Shown here: piece by piece, positions 51,733 to 61,122 of the stretch
Position numbering within the stretch: position 1 is the first letter of the stretch
Layout: the number at the start of each line of letters is the position of its first letter
Assembly (NCBI GenBank): GCA_965205265.1
Contig: CBDBGH010000003.1
Coordinates: 4,704,001-4,768,000, forward strand
Source: Alphaproteobacteria bacterium
GTDB lineage: Bacteria; Pseudomonadota; Alphaproteobacteria; Bin95
Reading direction: 5' to 3'
Length of the DNA: 64,000 nucleotides
Notes under the pieces: model-generated
The model's database searches: none
The model's input: the letters and a program-made list of their open reading frames with translations, nothing else
Told to the model about the DNA's origin: nothing
Position numbers and translations under genes: made by a program

Positions 51733-52323
51733 ATGAACTCGTTGTCTCTCCGTGTCGTCGCCGGCCTGGTGTTGGCCGGCCTTCTCGGCGCCTGCCAATC
51801 GGCCACCACGGCCAAGACGGTCGCCGAGGCACGCCCACAGCTCGCGGAGGCGGAGCTGTCGGCCGCCCATTACGGTTCCGAGGAGGTCGACAAGGGCGTC
51901 CGCCCGACGGGATCGATGCGGACCTCGCAGTTCCACGCGCCGACGCCGGTCAGCCATGCCAGCGCCAGGACGGTCACGACCGTCGACCTGGTCGGGATGC
52001 TGAAGGCGGACCCGGAGCCGGTGCTGATCGATGTGCTCGGCGGGTCCGGCGGCCACCGGTCGCTTCCGGGCGCCCACTGGCTGCCAGGGGCGGGCAAGGA
52101 AGGCCAGAAGCAGAAGCTGGGCGCGCGTCTTGCGGAACTGACCGGCGGTGACAAGGACAGGGCCCTGGTCTTCTTCTGCCAGGGCTGGGAATGCTGGCTG
52201 TCCTACAACGCGGCGCTCTCGGCGTCGGCGCTCGGCTACACCAGGGTGAACTGGTATCGCGGCGGGGCGAAGAGCTGGAAAGCCGCCGGCCTGCCGACGG
52301 GCTGGGCCAGCAGAAGCTGGTAG
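51733..52323 (+). CDS. Rhodanese-domain lipoprotein
   Basis: LGAC lipobox, HAPTP, VLIDV, LPGA.WL, FFCQGWECWLSYNAA, WYRGG..SW..AGLP. Confidence 0.88.
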   Translation: MNSLSLRVVAGLVLAGLLGACQSATTAKTVAEARPQLAEAELSAAHYGSEEVDKGVRPTGSMRTSQFHAPTPVSHASARTVTTVDLVGMLKADPEPVLIDVLGGSGGHRSLPGAHWLPGAGKEGQKQKLGARLAELTGGDKDRALVFFCQGWECWLSYNAALSASALGYTRVNWYRGGAKSWKAAGLPTGWASRSW

Positions 52324-52796
52324 GTCCGGGGCGCCGCCACGCGGCGTTTACGGGAAAATCCCCGTAGAACCGGAACCGGTCCCTGGCGCTGCACGGCAGC
52401 GCCAGGGCCGTCCGGGCAGAGTGTCATTCCTAAGTCGATGACACCGTTGGATTGCGGGATATGCCGGCCGCCTTTGCGGGCGGCGCAAGGTTCCTCACCG
52501 GCGCGTCCGGGTCCAGTCCGCGGCGAGCGCCCGGGCTTGCGAACAGAACCACCACTCCCCCGCGGCCCCGTTCATTCCCAACCGGTCATACCGGGCCCCG
52601 CCCGGCAGATGGTGCACGCGCGAGCCGTTGCGGCTCGCATTGCCCTTGATCCGGCAGGAGCCGGACTGCGTTCCGGACCTCGATTGCCGCTTACAAAACG
52701 CAACCCGACCGTCAGGGCCGAATATGTGGGCTGCATGCAAGCGCCAGCGCATGCCCAGCGTCGGCGGGTCCGGTGACCGCTGTCTGAGGGGGACGG

Positions 52797-53321
52797 TCAG
52801 GCGAGTCCCTCGATAAGGCCCACGAATTCCGGAAAATTGACGGCCAGGGCTCCGGATATGATGAATGTGAGCCCGGCCCCGAGCCTGCTCTGGCCCATTT
52901 GTCCCTGGACATGGTCGTTGAGGAGCAGGATACCGCGGAAGATGGCGATAACCCCGAGCAATTGGATGATCTTGACGATGGCCACGATGAGAAGCCGGGA
53001 GGCCGAATCCTGATCCTCGAAGAGGGTGGGGGCGTAGGCGAATATGCTGTCGGCGGAGGCGATGTCCGACGTTCCCCAGAGCGAGGCGTTCAGCGCGCCG
53101 ATGGTGCTTGGCAGCGCGATCAGGAAACAGCCGGCGAGAAGGTTGGCGAGCGCTCCGACATAGGTTCTCTGCGACGATGCGGAGTTGGAGCGCTGGGCCA
53201 TGCGGTATATGGCGAGGATCACCAGCGTGCAGCCGCACAGGAAGGCGAGGCCGCCGACGATATCCAGGAAGGACGGCACATAGTCGGCAAGGTTCTGGAG
53301 TATGGTGGCGAGATCGTTCAT
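52797..53321 (-). CDS. icmC: Dot/Icm inner-membrane protein IcmC/DotE-like
   Basis: L.NL......L....A.L.G, IIQLLGVIAIFRG.LLL, G.GLT.II.GALAVN; last gene of the icmLKEG operon. Confidence 0.8.
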   Translation of the reverse strand: MNDLATILQNLADYVPSFLDIVGGLAFLCGCTLVILAIYRMAQRSNSASSQRTYVGALANLLAGCFLIALPSTIGALNASLWGTSDIASADSIFAYAPTLFEDQDSASRLLIVAIVKIIQLLGVIAIFRGILLLNDHVQGQMGQSRLGAGLTFIISGALAVNFPEFVGLIEGLA

Positions 53322-53353
53322 CGGCCGCGTCTATCAGGCGCCCCGGGCGGGGT

Positions 53354-56300
53354 TTACCGGGGTGCGGGGGCCGGGTTGGTGATGACCTCGGCCGGAGCGC
53401 GCGGCTGCGCGGCGGGGGGAGGCCGGGAGACGATGGGCTCCGGGTCGAAGAGGCTGCCGTTTTCGGTGACAGCGGTGCGCCCGTTGGGGCCGTCGAGGAT
53501 CCGGAGGACACGTCCGTATCCGGGAAGCCAGTCGCCGACTTTGACGGGGCCGAGGTCCTTCGGGAGGCGGGAGGTGATGGAATAGCGCGCCCGGGGCGCC
53601 TGATAGACGCGGCCGGGATAGGCCTTGAGGGGTTCGCCGACCGGTGCAGGACGGACGACGAGCGCCTGCATTTCGGTCGCCGGGGCCGACGGGAACGAGG
53701 CCGACGCCGTTGTGGCTCCCGTGATGGTCGTGACCTCGTCGGATTCCGGGCCCTCGGTCCCGCCGTTGGCGGCGCGGACCTTGAAGGAGTATTTCCGTCC
53801 GGCAAGCAGACCGGTGAAGGTGTGGCTGTTGGTGAGCCCGTTGCTGCCCGGGACGGTCATCCATTCGGACCAGCGGCTGCCGGAGCGCATGGCGTAGAAC
53901 CACAGCGTAACCGGTCCCTGCGGCGGTTCCCATGTAAGGGTTACGCGGTCCGGGCCCGGCAGGGCGGTCAGCCCGTCGGGCTTGGCCGGCGGCGCGGTGT
54001 CGGCGGTGCCGGTCTCGGCCGGCATGCTTGGAGGCGGCGCCGTTTGGGACGCGATCAGATCGATGCCGTTCTGAAGCGCCGTGAGGCGGAATTCGAGGTC
54101 CTGCAGCTTGGCGGCCTCGACGGTCTCCGCGGGCGGCAGGGCGGACAGGACGATGCGCATGTCCTCGGAGAGGTCGCCGAGTCCGGTTTCGAGGCGGGCA
54201 ACGGTGCGGCGAAGCTGCTGCACCGTGTCCTTCACGTCTTCCAGGGCGGCGGTCGGCGCAGTGGGGGGCGCGGCCGTTGCCGGACCGGTGCCGGGGTTGC
54301 CGCTACCGGCTGGAGGAAAGCCTGTGTCTGCGGTGACGGCGGGCAGCAGGGTGTCAGCGGGCTGCCGGCTGTCCGGCGGGCCGGCGGGGGCGCGCCCGAG
54401 CGGGGCAATCCCGCCCGCCGACGGTCCCGCCGCGTCGAATGGTACATGTGCCACGGCGGGCAGCGGGTCCTGGCCTGCGCCGTCCCGATCCGGAAGTGCA
54501 GGCCCGCCGGTCGCCGGGAGAAGGGGGGCCGCGCTTCCCTCGGGCGTTGCGGCCGGGGATTCGCCACCGGCGCCGGGCTGTTCGGCTCCAGGCAACCCGG
54601 GGCCGTTCTTGGGCGGCGTAATGGCTGCGGCGGTTGTCATCTCGACGGGAATCGGGCGGTGGCCGAGGGTAACGGCGAGGGTTTCGAGATAGGGTTTCGG
54701 GATGTAGGCCCGAAGGATGTCGTTGCCGCGCGGATCTTCCAGAAACAGCCAAATGACAGTGAGCGAGGGCATGAGGAGAAGGAAGAAGACAAGAAAAAGC
54801 GTGCGGGTCGGGCGCCGTCTTCGGCCCTCCTTTTCCTGTTGCGGCGGAGGCGGCTGACTGGCCGCCGGCTGGGCGGCGTCGTCAGGCGAAGCGGAACGGC
54901 GGCGCCAGGGCAGTTTCATTCCTCGTCTTTCCTGTCGTGTGTGGGGTGCTGCTGCGGCCGAAGGCTCTGCGGCGGGCGGGGGAGCGTCGTCCTTGTGGAC
55001 GCCGTCGCCCGCCGCAGAGCCTTCGGACGGGATGGCTTCGGGGGCGGCGGTTTCAGCGGGGAGTTCCGCCGGGGGCTCGTCGACGATATCGCCTGGCGCG
55101 CCCGCCGCCTCGGAAACCGGTTCGGCTCGATGCCCCGGCGGAGGAGCGGCTCCAGCCATCAGGATGTCCAGTTCGCTGGTGTCGTTGTCCTGGGTATCCC
55201 CGGCATCGTCCTGCGCCTCGGGGTAGCGGTGCTCGAAAGGACTGCCGCCGGCGAGCGCCTGTCCCCGCTCCCCGGCCTCGTCCGGGACGGTCCCGGGATC
55301 GAATTGGCGGGTAAGGTCCTCCAAGGGGTCGTCGGCGGTTTCCGGCATGCCCGACGGCGCGGGCTCTTCGTGGACTGCGGCAGCCGCGTCGTCCTCTCCG
55401 TCGTCCGCGGGCGCAGGAATGGAGGCGGGGGCCTCGGCAGGAGCCTGCGCAGGGGTGCCGGGCTCGGTTTCGGGTCGGCCTTCCATGTCCCGGAGGAGGC
55501 TGGCGAGTTCGTCGTCGGCGCTGCCGCCGTCCGGCGCCGCCGGAGAGCCCGCGCCGGGAGCCTCTGCTGTCGGTTGATCCGGGTGCCGGCCGTGGAGGAG
55601 GGACTCAAGATCGGCTTCGGCTGGATCGCCGCCGGCGCGGCCCTCGGCGCCGCCGGTTTCGGTTTCGGGTCGGCCTTCCATATCGTGGAGGAGGCTGGCG
55701 AGTTCGTCGTCGGCGCTGCCGCCGTCCGGCGCCGCCGGAGAGCCCGCGCCGTCGGACGTGTCGGCCGTTCCGTCGGGAGTATGGGGAAGCGGGGCCCCCT
55801 CGTCGCGGGCCGTGTCGCCGAGGGCGATGGCGGCAGGATCGAGCTCGTGGCGATCGGGGTCTTCGGGCCGGAATTCGCGACGCAATGCGTCTTCGTCCGC
55901 CGAAGGGCCGGGAGCGGGGGTCGAACGAAGCCCGTCCTCCTCGCCGAAACCCGGAGCGGCATTGTCGCCGCTTCCGTCGGCATCGGCGATGTCTTCGGTT
56001 TCCGGGCGATAGGAAAGGTCGTCGTGATCGGCCTGGTCGCGGTCGATGGCCTCCAGGTCGGGGCCGGCAAGGGGCGCGGGCGTCTCGTCTTCCAGTGCGC
56101 CTTCCTGTTCCCAGGCGGCATCGGCCTCGTCTTCGGGAACGTCGTCGAGATGGCGGCCTTCGTCCGCCGCGGACGGGTCGTCAAGGAGAACCTGGCGGAC
56201 CGGCTGTGGCGGTTTCTCCTCCGTCTGCTGCCGGGTCCGGTCCTCGCCGCCGGGGTCTGCGCCGGGCTCGCTTCCCGAACGCTCCCGGGTTGCGTCGTCC

Positions 56301-56752
56301 TCGGGTGGAGCGTCGGGGTCGGGTGGAGCGTCGGGGTCGGGCGCTTCGGCCTCCGGCTGGGCCGCGGTGTCCGCCCGGCTGTCGGACGGTTCCGGCGCCG
56401 GGCCGCCCTCGGCGTGCGCTTCATGTCCGTCTTCGTCCCCGGCGCCCTGACGGTCGCCATCGTCGCGGTGGGCCGCTGGCAGGGAGGCCTGGCCCGCATC
56501 CCCGGCAGGCGTTTCCCCCGCGGGGGCGTCGGCCCCGTCGGGGTCGTCGCCATTGAGGTCAGGGAAGAGCTGGCGGGCCGTCTCGTCGTCGACAATGTCG
56601 CTGTCGAGGAGATCGGAACCGAACTCTTCCAGGCGGGAGGCGGCGGCGAAGACCCTGTCCGGCCGGGCCTGGCGCATGGCGCGGAACTGGTCGTCGTCAC
56701 TGGCCGCCTCGTGGGCGAGAAAGACATTCCCGGGGGCGTCGCTGGATGTCAT
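53354..56752 (-). CDS. icmG: Giant IcmG/DotF-like protein with an acidic N-terminus and an FN3 domain
   Basis: About 640 aa D/E/P/A-rich region, one TM, coiled coil, FN3, C-terminal VKVGD.LPGYGRV..I...G....TENG; sits between icmE and icmC. Confidence 0.7.
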   Translation of the reverse strand: MTSSDAPGNVFLAHEAASDDDQFRAMRQARPDRVFAAASRLEEFGSDLLDSDIVDDETARQLFPDLNGDDPDGADAPAGETPAGDAGQASLPAAHRDDGDRQGAGDEDGHEAHAEGGPAPEPSDSRADTAAQPEAEAPDPDAPPDPDAPPEDDATRERSGSEPGADPGGEDRTRQQTEEKPPQPVRQVLLDDPSAADEGRHLDDVPEDEADAAWEQEGALEDETPAPLAGPDLEAIDRDQADHDDLSYRPETEDIADADGSGDNAAPGFGEEDGLRSTPAPGPSADEDALRREFRPEDPDRHELDPAAIALGDTARDEGAPLPHTPDGTADTSDGAGSPAAPDGGSADDELASLLHDMEGRPETETGGAEGRAGGDPAEADLESLLHGRHPDQPTAEAPGAGSPAAPDGGSADDELASLLRDMEGRPETEPGTPAQAPAEAPASIPAPADDGEDDAAAAVHEEPAPSGMPETADDPLEDLTRQFDPGTVPDEAGERGQALAGGSPFEHRYPEAQDDAGDTQDNDTSELDILMAGAAPPPGHRAEPVSEAAGAPGDIVDEPPAELPAETAAPEAIPSEGSAAGDGVHKDDAPPPAAEPSAAAAPHTRQERRGMKLPWRRRSASPDDAAQPAASQPPPPQQEKEGRRRRPTRTLFLVFFLLLMPSLTVIWLFLEDPRGNDILRAYIPKPYLETLAVTLGHRPIPVEMTTAAAITPPKNGPGLPGAEQPGAGGESPAATPEGSAAPLLPATGGPALPDRDGAGQDPLPAVAHVPFDAAGPSAGGIAPLGRAPAGPPDSRQPADTLLPAVTADTGFPPAGSGNPGTGPATAAPPTAPTAALEDVKDTVQQLRRTVARLETGLGDLSEDMRIVLSALPPAETVEAAKLQDLEFRLTALQNGIDLIASQTAPPPSMPAETGTADTAPPAKPDGLTALPGPDRVTLTWEPPQGPVTLWFYAMRSGSRWSEWMTVPGSNGLTNSHTFTGLLAGRKYSFKVRAANGGTEGPESDEVTTITGATTASASFPSAPATEMQALVVRPAPVGEPLKAYPGRVYQAPRARYSITSRLPKDLGPVKVGDWLPGYGRVLRILDGPNGRTAVTENGSLFDPEPIVSRPPPAAQPRAPAEVITNPAPAPR
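55464..55751. repeat. ~93-bp direct repeat inside the dotF-like gene
   Basis: 55464-55556 and 55659-55751 encode GAGSPAAPDGGSADDELASLL(H/R)DMEGRPETE twice. Confidence 0.9.
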
Positions 56753-58080
56753 GACGGATCATCCTCCGCCTGTTGTTTCGGCAGGGAAACGGGGTTCACG
56801 AAAAGGACGGCAACCCCGGTGCCGGATGCGAGCAGGATTTCCGGTCCGACGGGGGCGCTGTCCCGGATGACCTGGGAAATGCCCTGTCCGGCCTCCGCGA
56901 GGCCGGCGGCCACATTCTGGCGGGTGGTCCGTTCCGTCTCGCTTATGGTGCGGGTCGTGCCGTCGCTGCTTTCGGTGACCGTCCCGGTCGATATCGCGGC
57001 GCTTTCGGCAAACCCGGCCACGAAGCCGGCGGCCACGATGGGGCCGAAGCGGTCGAGCCAACGCCGGTCGATATCGGAGGAAACGGCGCTGGAGGCGGTG
57101 GTCGGGTCGATGGCATAGGCGTTGACGGGGGCGGTGCGTCCGTCGGGGAAGGTAATGGTGGAGAACTGGACGACCATGCCGTCTGCGTTCCGCGGAACGG
57201 TAAAGGCCCCGACGAGGCGGCTGTCGCGGAATTGGCCGGTCACGACGGTGGCGAGGACCGGTGTCGGGAGATCGCTCGTGCTGGCATTGATCGTTTCGGC
57301 GTAGAGGATGTCGCCGGCCTGGATCAGGGTTTCGAGCTCCTGGGGAGGAGGCTGTTGCACGGGCGCGGTCCCGGGCGCTGCGGTTCCCGCCGTGCCGGGG
57401 GCCGGGCGAGCGCCGACGGGGACCGTCGGCGGCTGCTGGCCGGGCTGTTGCTGCGGGGGGTCGGCCGTCGGACCCGCCGTTCCGGACGCACGGGGTTCAA
57501 TACGCTTCACGATGGTGGCGAGGTATTCGACGTAGAGCGTGGGGTCGGGCGCGGGTGCTTCGGCGGGCTGTGGAGAGGCCGGCGCCGCCGGGGCGGCCTG
57601 CGGGGGCGCCGGGGCTTCGGGCGGCGGCAGGACGATCGGCGCCGGGAGGGCGGCGCCTGTCTGGGGCGGCGCCTCGGGTTCCGGTGGACGCTCGAACGGC
57701 CGTGGCGTCGTGGGGTCGGAAAGCGCCACATCGGAAGGAATGGCTTCGGGGGTCGGGATAAAGCTGGCGCCGCGCTCGACGGCGCTTTCGAATCCCTCGC
57801 GATTGGCCTGGGCGAGATTCTCGCGGTACTCCGGGCTGGAGGCCTGCCGCGGGCCTCCGGGGGTGGTGCGGATGTCGCCGCGCCCGGAGGGCAGGCGGGA
57901 TGTCTCGGGCTCGTTGCCTCCGGTGAGAAGGAAGAAGGCGATCGTCAGGGCGCCGAGGACGAAGACGGACATGAAGAGCGTCAGGCGGCGTGTGGAGCCG
58001 CGCCGGCGTGGCGCGCCGGCGGCGGGGGCCGCCTCTTCGATCGGGGTGGCGTCGGTGGTCAGGTCGTCTTCGTCGGCCAT
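56749..58080 (-). CDS. icmE: IcmE/DotG (VirB10-like)
   Basis: TM, TPGG...SPEY, LI.AGDILYA.......SD.P.PVLA..V.G.F..SRL.G.F, AYAIDP.T, GTGVAVLFV. Confidence 0.9.
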   Translation of the reverse strand: MADEDDLTTDATPIEEAAPAAGAPRRRGSTRRLTLFMSVFVLGALTIAFFLLTGGNEPETSRLPSGRGDIRTTPGGPRQASSPEYRENLAQANREGFESAVERGASFIPTPEAIPSDVALSDPTTPRPFERPPEPEAPPQTGAALPAPIVLPPPEAPAPPQAAPAAPASPQPAEAPAPDPTLYVEYLATIVKRIEPRASGTAGPTADPPQQQPGQQPPTVPVGARPAPGTAGTAAPGTAPVQQPPPQELETLIQAGDILYAETINASTSDLPTPVLATVVTGQFRDSRLVGAFTVPRNADGMVVQFSTITFPDGRTAPVNAYAIDPTTASSAVSSDIDRRWLDRFGPIVAAGFVAGFAESAAISTGTVTESSDGTTRTISETERTTRQNVAAGLAEAGQGISQVIRDSAPVGPEILLASGTGVAVLFVNPVSLPKQQAEDDPS

Positions 58081-59039
58081 CAGAGATTCACCCTGGCGCG
58101 ATGGATTTGTCCGGCGACCGAGAACAGCAACTGGGATGTAGGCTCCTCGATCAGCCAGATGCGCAGCCTGTTGGGGCCGGTCATCGTGCCGCTGTAGGCC
58201 GGGCTCAACAGGTGGTGGGCGGACCGCACATACATGTTCTTGCGGTAGATCCAGGCGTCGGCGTCGACGCCCGATACGGGGACCTTGCGGGCGTCGTCCG
58301 GCAGGTCCGCGCCCGAGAGGAAGGTAAGGAGCATGCGTCCGCCGGCCTGGTCGGGGGCGGCCGGGATGACGATGTCCGAGCTGGATTCGGGGCCCAGGGT
58401 GGAGAGCAGGAAATCGTGCCGGAAATGTGCGCTGTCCGGATGGATGCGCACGAGGATGACAAGGGCCAGGGGAGCGCCCTTGAGGGCGATGACGAGGTTG
58501 GAGGCCCCGGCGGGCATGAGGGGCGTGATGGTCAGCGCATGGCCGGGCTCGTCATCGCCGTCGTTCATGCGGATGATCTGGTAGCCGGCAGCGTCGCCGA
58601 TGACGTGGCGCACGATGGGCCAGGGATTGCCGGCCCCGTCCAGGAACGTGACGGCGGTGGCGATCCCGGGGGATACGACGATCTCGGGAGGCAGGGCACC
58701 CGGCTTGAAGTCGATGCGTGTGGACATCAGGGAGGGCTTGAGGTCCCGGGAAAGAATGGCCTCGCGATTCTGCTGGACCTGTTCCCGGAATTTCCGGATC
58801 TGCTCCGGGGTGAGTGGAATGAGCTGCTGGAGGGCCTCGCGGTAGAGTTCCTCGGGGCTGGCCGCCGGAGGCATGGCGGCCGGGTCGCCCGGCCTGGGCG
58901 CGGCGGGGGTTGCGCCCGGGCCGGTGACCTGTGATGAGGGCGGCAGCGTGACGGGCTGTTGTGTCATGGCGGGCCAGACAACGAACGCCGCCACGATGAG
59001 GCCGAGCGATACGCGAATGGAAGGCAGGGACGCGCTCAT
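58080..59039 (-). CDS. icmK: IcmK/DotH
   Basis: PLTPEQI, PGA.PP.I....G..TAV.FLD..G.PWPI, NL.I.L.....P, GP, AW......YVR....LLSP. Confidence 0.9.
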   Translation of the reverse strand: MSASLPSIRVSLGLIVAAFVVWPAMTQQPVTLPPSSQVTGPGATPAAPRPGDPAAMPPAASPEELYREALQQLIPLTPEQIRKFREQVQQNREAILSRDLKPSLMSTRIDFKPGALPPEIVVSPGIATAVTFLDGAGNPWPIVRHVIGDAAGYQIIRMNDGDDEPGHALTITPLMPAGASNLVIALKGAPLALVILVRIHPDSAHFRHDFLLSTLGPESSSDIVIPAAPDQAGGRMLLTFLSGADLPDDARKVPVSGVDADAWIYRKNMYVRSAHHLLSPAYSGTMTGPNRLRIWLIEEPTSQLLFSVAGQIHRARVNL

Positions 59040-59692
59040 GAGGTCGGGGCGCCTCCGCGGCGCACGGAGATGCGGGCGACGCCGATGCCTGCGGGGACTT
59101 CCCAGTTGGGGAGGCGCACGAGGCGCATTTCGACCATGTAGTTGTCGCGGGCCGTCTGCTGGGCGCTCTCGTAGGTCACGGACATCTGGAGCTGGAGAAT
59201 CCAGGAGTGACGCCCGCGGGCGTCCGAGCCCCTGTTCGTGATGACCGCACCCTGGACGATGGCGGAGGAGTTCAGCCGCCGTTCGCGGATGTACTGGAGG
59301 TAATTGGAGGATTCCAGGGCATTGACGAAGCTGTTCCATCCATCCGGCAATTCGAAGTAGTGGCGGGCCTGGGTGAGATCCTGACGCCAGCCGGAAAAGG
59401 AGATCGTCATGCTCCGCGTGATGGCCTCGGCCGCGAAGGAGATCACCTGGGCGTCGGTGAGATAGGGTTCGGAGACGGGGGTAAGCGGGGTGATGCGCCC
59501 TTTCGGATCGGTCGCGAAATAGGTCGGGCTCGGCCGGTCGATCACAGCAATCCAGATCACGCAGAGGATGCTGACCGCGGTTATGACGCACATGGAAAAG
59601 AGCAGGATGTGCGCGCGGCGCAGCGCCTGGGCGAGCGTCTGGTAGCGGGCCCTGGCGGTCTGGGCCTCTCCGGTCCGGGCCGGGCGGGTCAT
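59036..59692 (-). CDS. icmL: IcmL/DotI (VirB8-like)
   Basis: TM, P.YFAT...GRI.PL.P..EP, F..WR..L.....YF...GW..F..AL..S, W..Q....V.Y, GIGV. Confidence 0.92.
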   Translation of the reverse strand: MTRPARTGEAQTARARYQTLAQALRRAHILLFSMCVITAVSILCVIWIAVIDRPSPTYFATDPKGRITPLTPVSEPYLTDAQVISFAAEAITRSMTISFSGWRQDLTQARHYFELPDGWNSFVNALESSNYLQYIRERRLNSSAIVQGAVITNRGSDARGRHSWILQLQMSVTYESAQQTARDNYMVEMRLVRLPNWEVPAGIGVARISVRRGGAPTS

Positions 59693-59723
59693 CCTGCGGT
59701 CCTCCGGGGTCTCGGCCGAACGG

Positions 59724-60068
59724 CTATCGTTTCGTGGTCGGATGGACGCCGAAGGAATAGGTGTCGCCGTAGGAGGAATTCCACTCTTCCGACTCCTTGC
59801 AACGGGAGCAGATCTGGTTTTCGGGTCCGGTTGAATGAAATATCGAGTTGCACATGAGGCAGCGCCGCTGGCGGGCCTGGCCGGGCCTGGTCGTGCGGTT
59901 GCGGTCGGGCAGGCCGATGCGGGAGGCCTTGACCACGACAGCCGCTTCCGACCGGCCCAGGGCCATGCCTATATCCGCGGGCGAATTCACGGACCACAGG
60001 CGCATGAGGGTCGCGGTGTCCTCATCTGTCCAGGGTCGGCGCGGTTCGCGCGGGGTTCTTTCCTGCAT
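59724..60068 (-). CDS. GcrA-like HTH plus C4 zinc-finger regulator
   Basis: WTDEDTATLMRLW...ADIG..LGRS..AVVVKASRIGL, then R.CLMC...F.S.G..N.IC..CK. Confidence 0.7.
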   Translation of the reverse strand: MQERTPREPRRPWTDEDTATLMRLWSVNSPADIGMALGRSEAAVVVKASRIGLPDRNRTTRPGQARQRRCLMCNSIFHSTGPENQICSRCKESEEWNSSYGDTYSFGVHPTTKR

Positions 60069-60142
60069 GGCCAATCCCGCCAATTCGGGCTGCAATCGGC
60101 TGACTATAGTCACGGGATGGTTGCGGTTTCCCCGTCTAATGT

Positions 60143-60154
60143 CGGTTTTCCCCA
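60143..60154 (-). promoter_or_regulatory. Shared upstream motif TGGGGAAAACCG, copy 3
   Basis: Exact 12-mer 75 bp upstream of the regulator-icmL operon; a shorter GGGGAAACCG lies at 60124-60133. Confidence 0.6.
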
Positions 60155-60429
60155 TAAAACAGCATAGGGGGGCGTATCCGGGTATTCCCCCGACGCCCGG
60201 TCGGGGCGACGATTGGGACACGGAGCGGGGAGACGCAGGAAAGATGGCTGTTCGCGCAGGGAGCGAACCGGAGCGCGCCGGCGATGCGGTCCAGCGGATC
60301 CAGGGGCCCGCCCGGTCCGCCGGAAGGCGTCGTTTCCCGGGACGGAGGGTCTGAAAGCTGATCCGCACCATTCTTGACCGGGCGGCGTCCTCGCCGAAGC
60401 ACCTGACTTTCGGAGCCCGCGGCCATGCC

Positions 60430-61122
60430 GTGATGGCCGGGCGCCTGCATGCACAGATCGCCGCGGCGATGCGCGAGGCGGACTGGACATGTCATTTGTG
60501 CGGGATATGCCTGCCGGAGATGATGGAATTCGACGGCGGCCACGGTGGAGAGGCCGTCAGGCCGGTCTGCCAGTTCTGTCACAATATAGACCATCCGGTC
60601 TGGGCGGCCGGACGGGGCCGGATGGCGCCGGTCTGGGCTCCCGATATGGATTGCGCCGAGATATCGAGGCTGAGCTGGGTGCTGCTTGCCCTGGGCCAGA
60701 TTTTCCCGGAACGGTTCGGGGGAGAACTCGATCCCGGGGAGGATGTTCGCGCGCCGGTGGAATTGACGGATGGACGGAGGGAAACGCTTGAGCGGGCCGC
60801 TCGGTCCGCTTCCCGGCTCCGGGAAGCGCTGGAAAACCGCAGGCAGTTGTTCGAACACCGCTTCGGCGCGACGACGGCCGAAGCGTTTCTGGAGACGGTG
60901 ATCGTGCATCGCCGGCGTGTCGGCGAGGACCGGCAGGAGAGCCTGCTCGCGATGCTGGACGGCGTTCGTTTCGTGCCGGCCCCGGTCACCTCGGGTTATG
61001 ATGAACTGCCGGTCCCGGCGCGGGTTTCGGCCTGGAGCGCGTCGGGGTTCGAGGACCTGTCGGGGCGCATCGGGGTGGCGTTTGCGGCCGGATTGGACCG
61101 CCGGGAAGGACAGGAAGCATGA
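60430..61122 (+). CDS. icmJ: IcmJ/DotN
   Basis: TCHLCG...VCQFCH zinc motif, G......PD...AEISRL; Dot/Icm context. Confidence 0.75.
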   Translation: MMAGRLHAQIAAAMREADWTCHLCGICLPEMMEFDGGHGGEAVRPVCQFCHNIDHPVWAAGRGRMAPVWAPDMDCAEISRLSWVLLALGQIFPERFGGELDPGEDVRAPVELTDGRRETLERAARSASRLREALENRRQLFEHRFGATTAEAFLETVIVHRRRVGEDRQESLLAMLDGVRFVPAPVTSGYDELPVPARVSAWSASGFEDLSGRIGVAFAAGLDRREGQEA

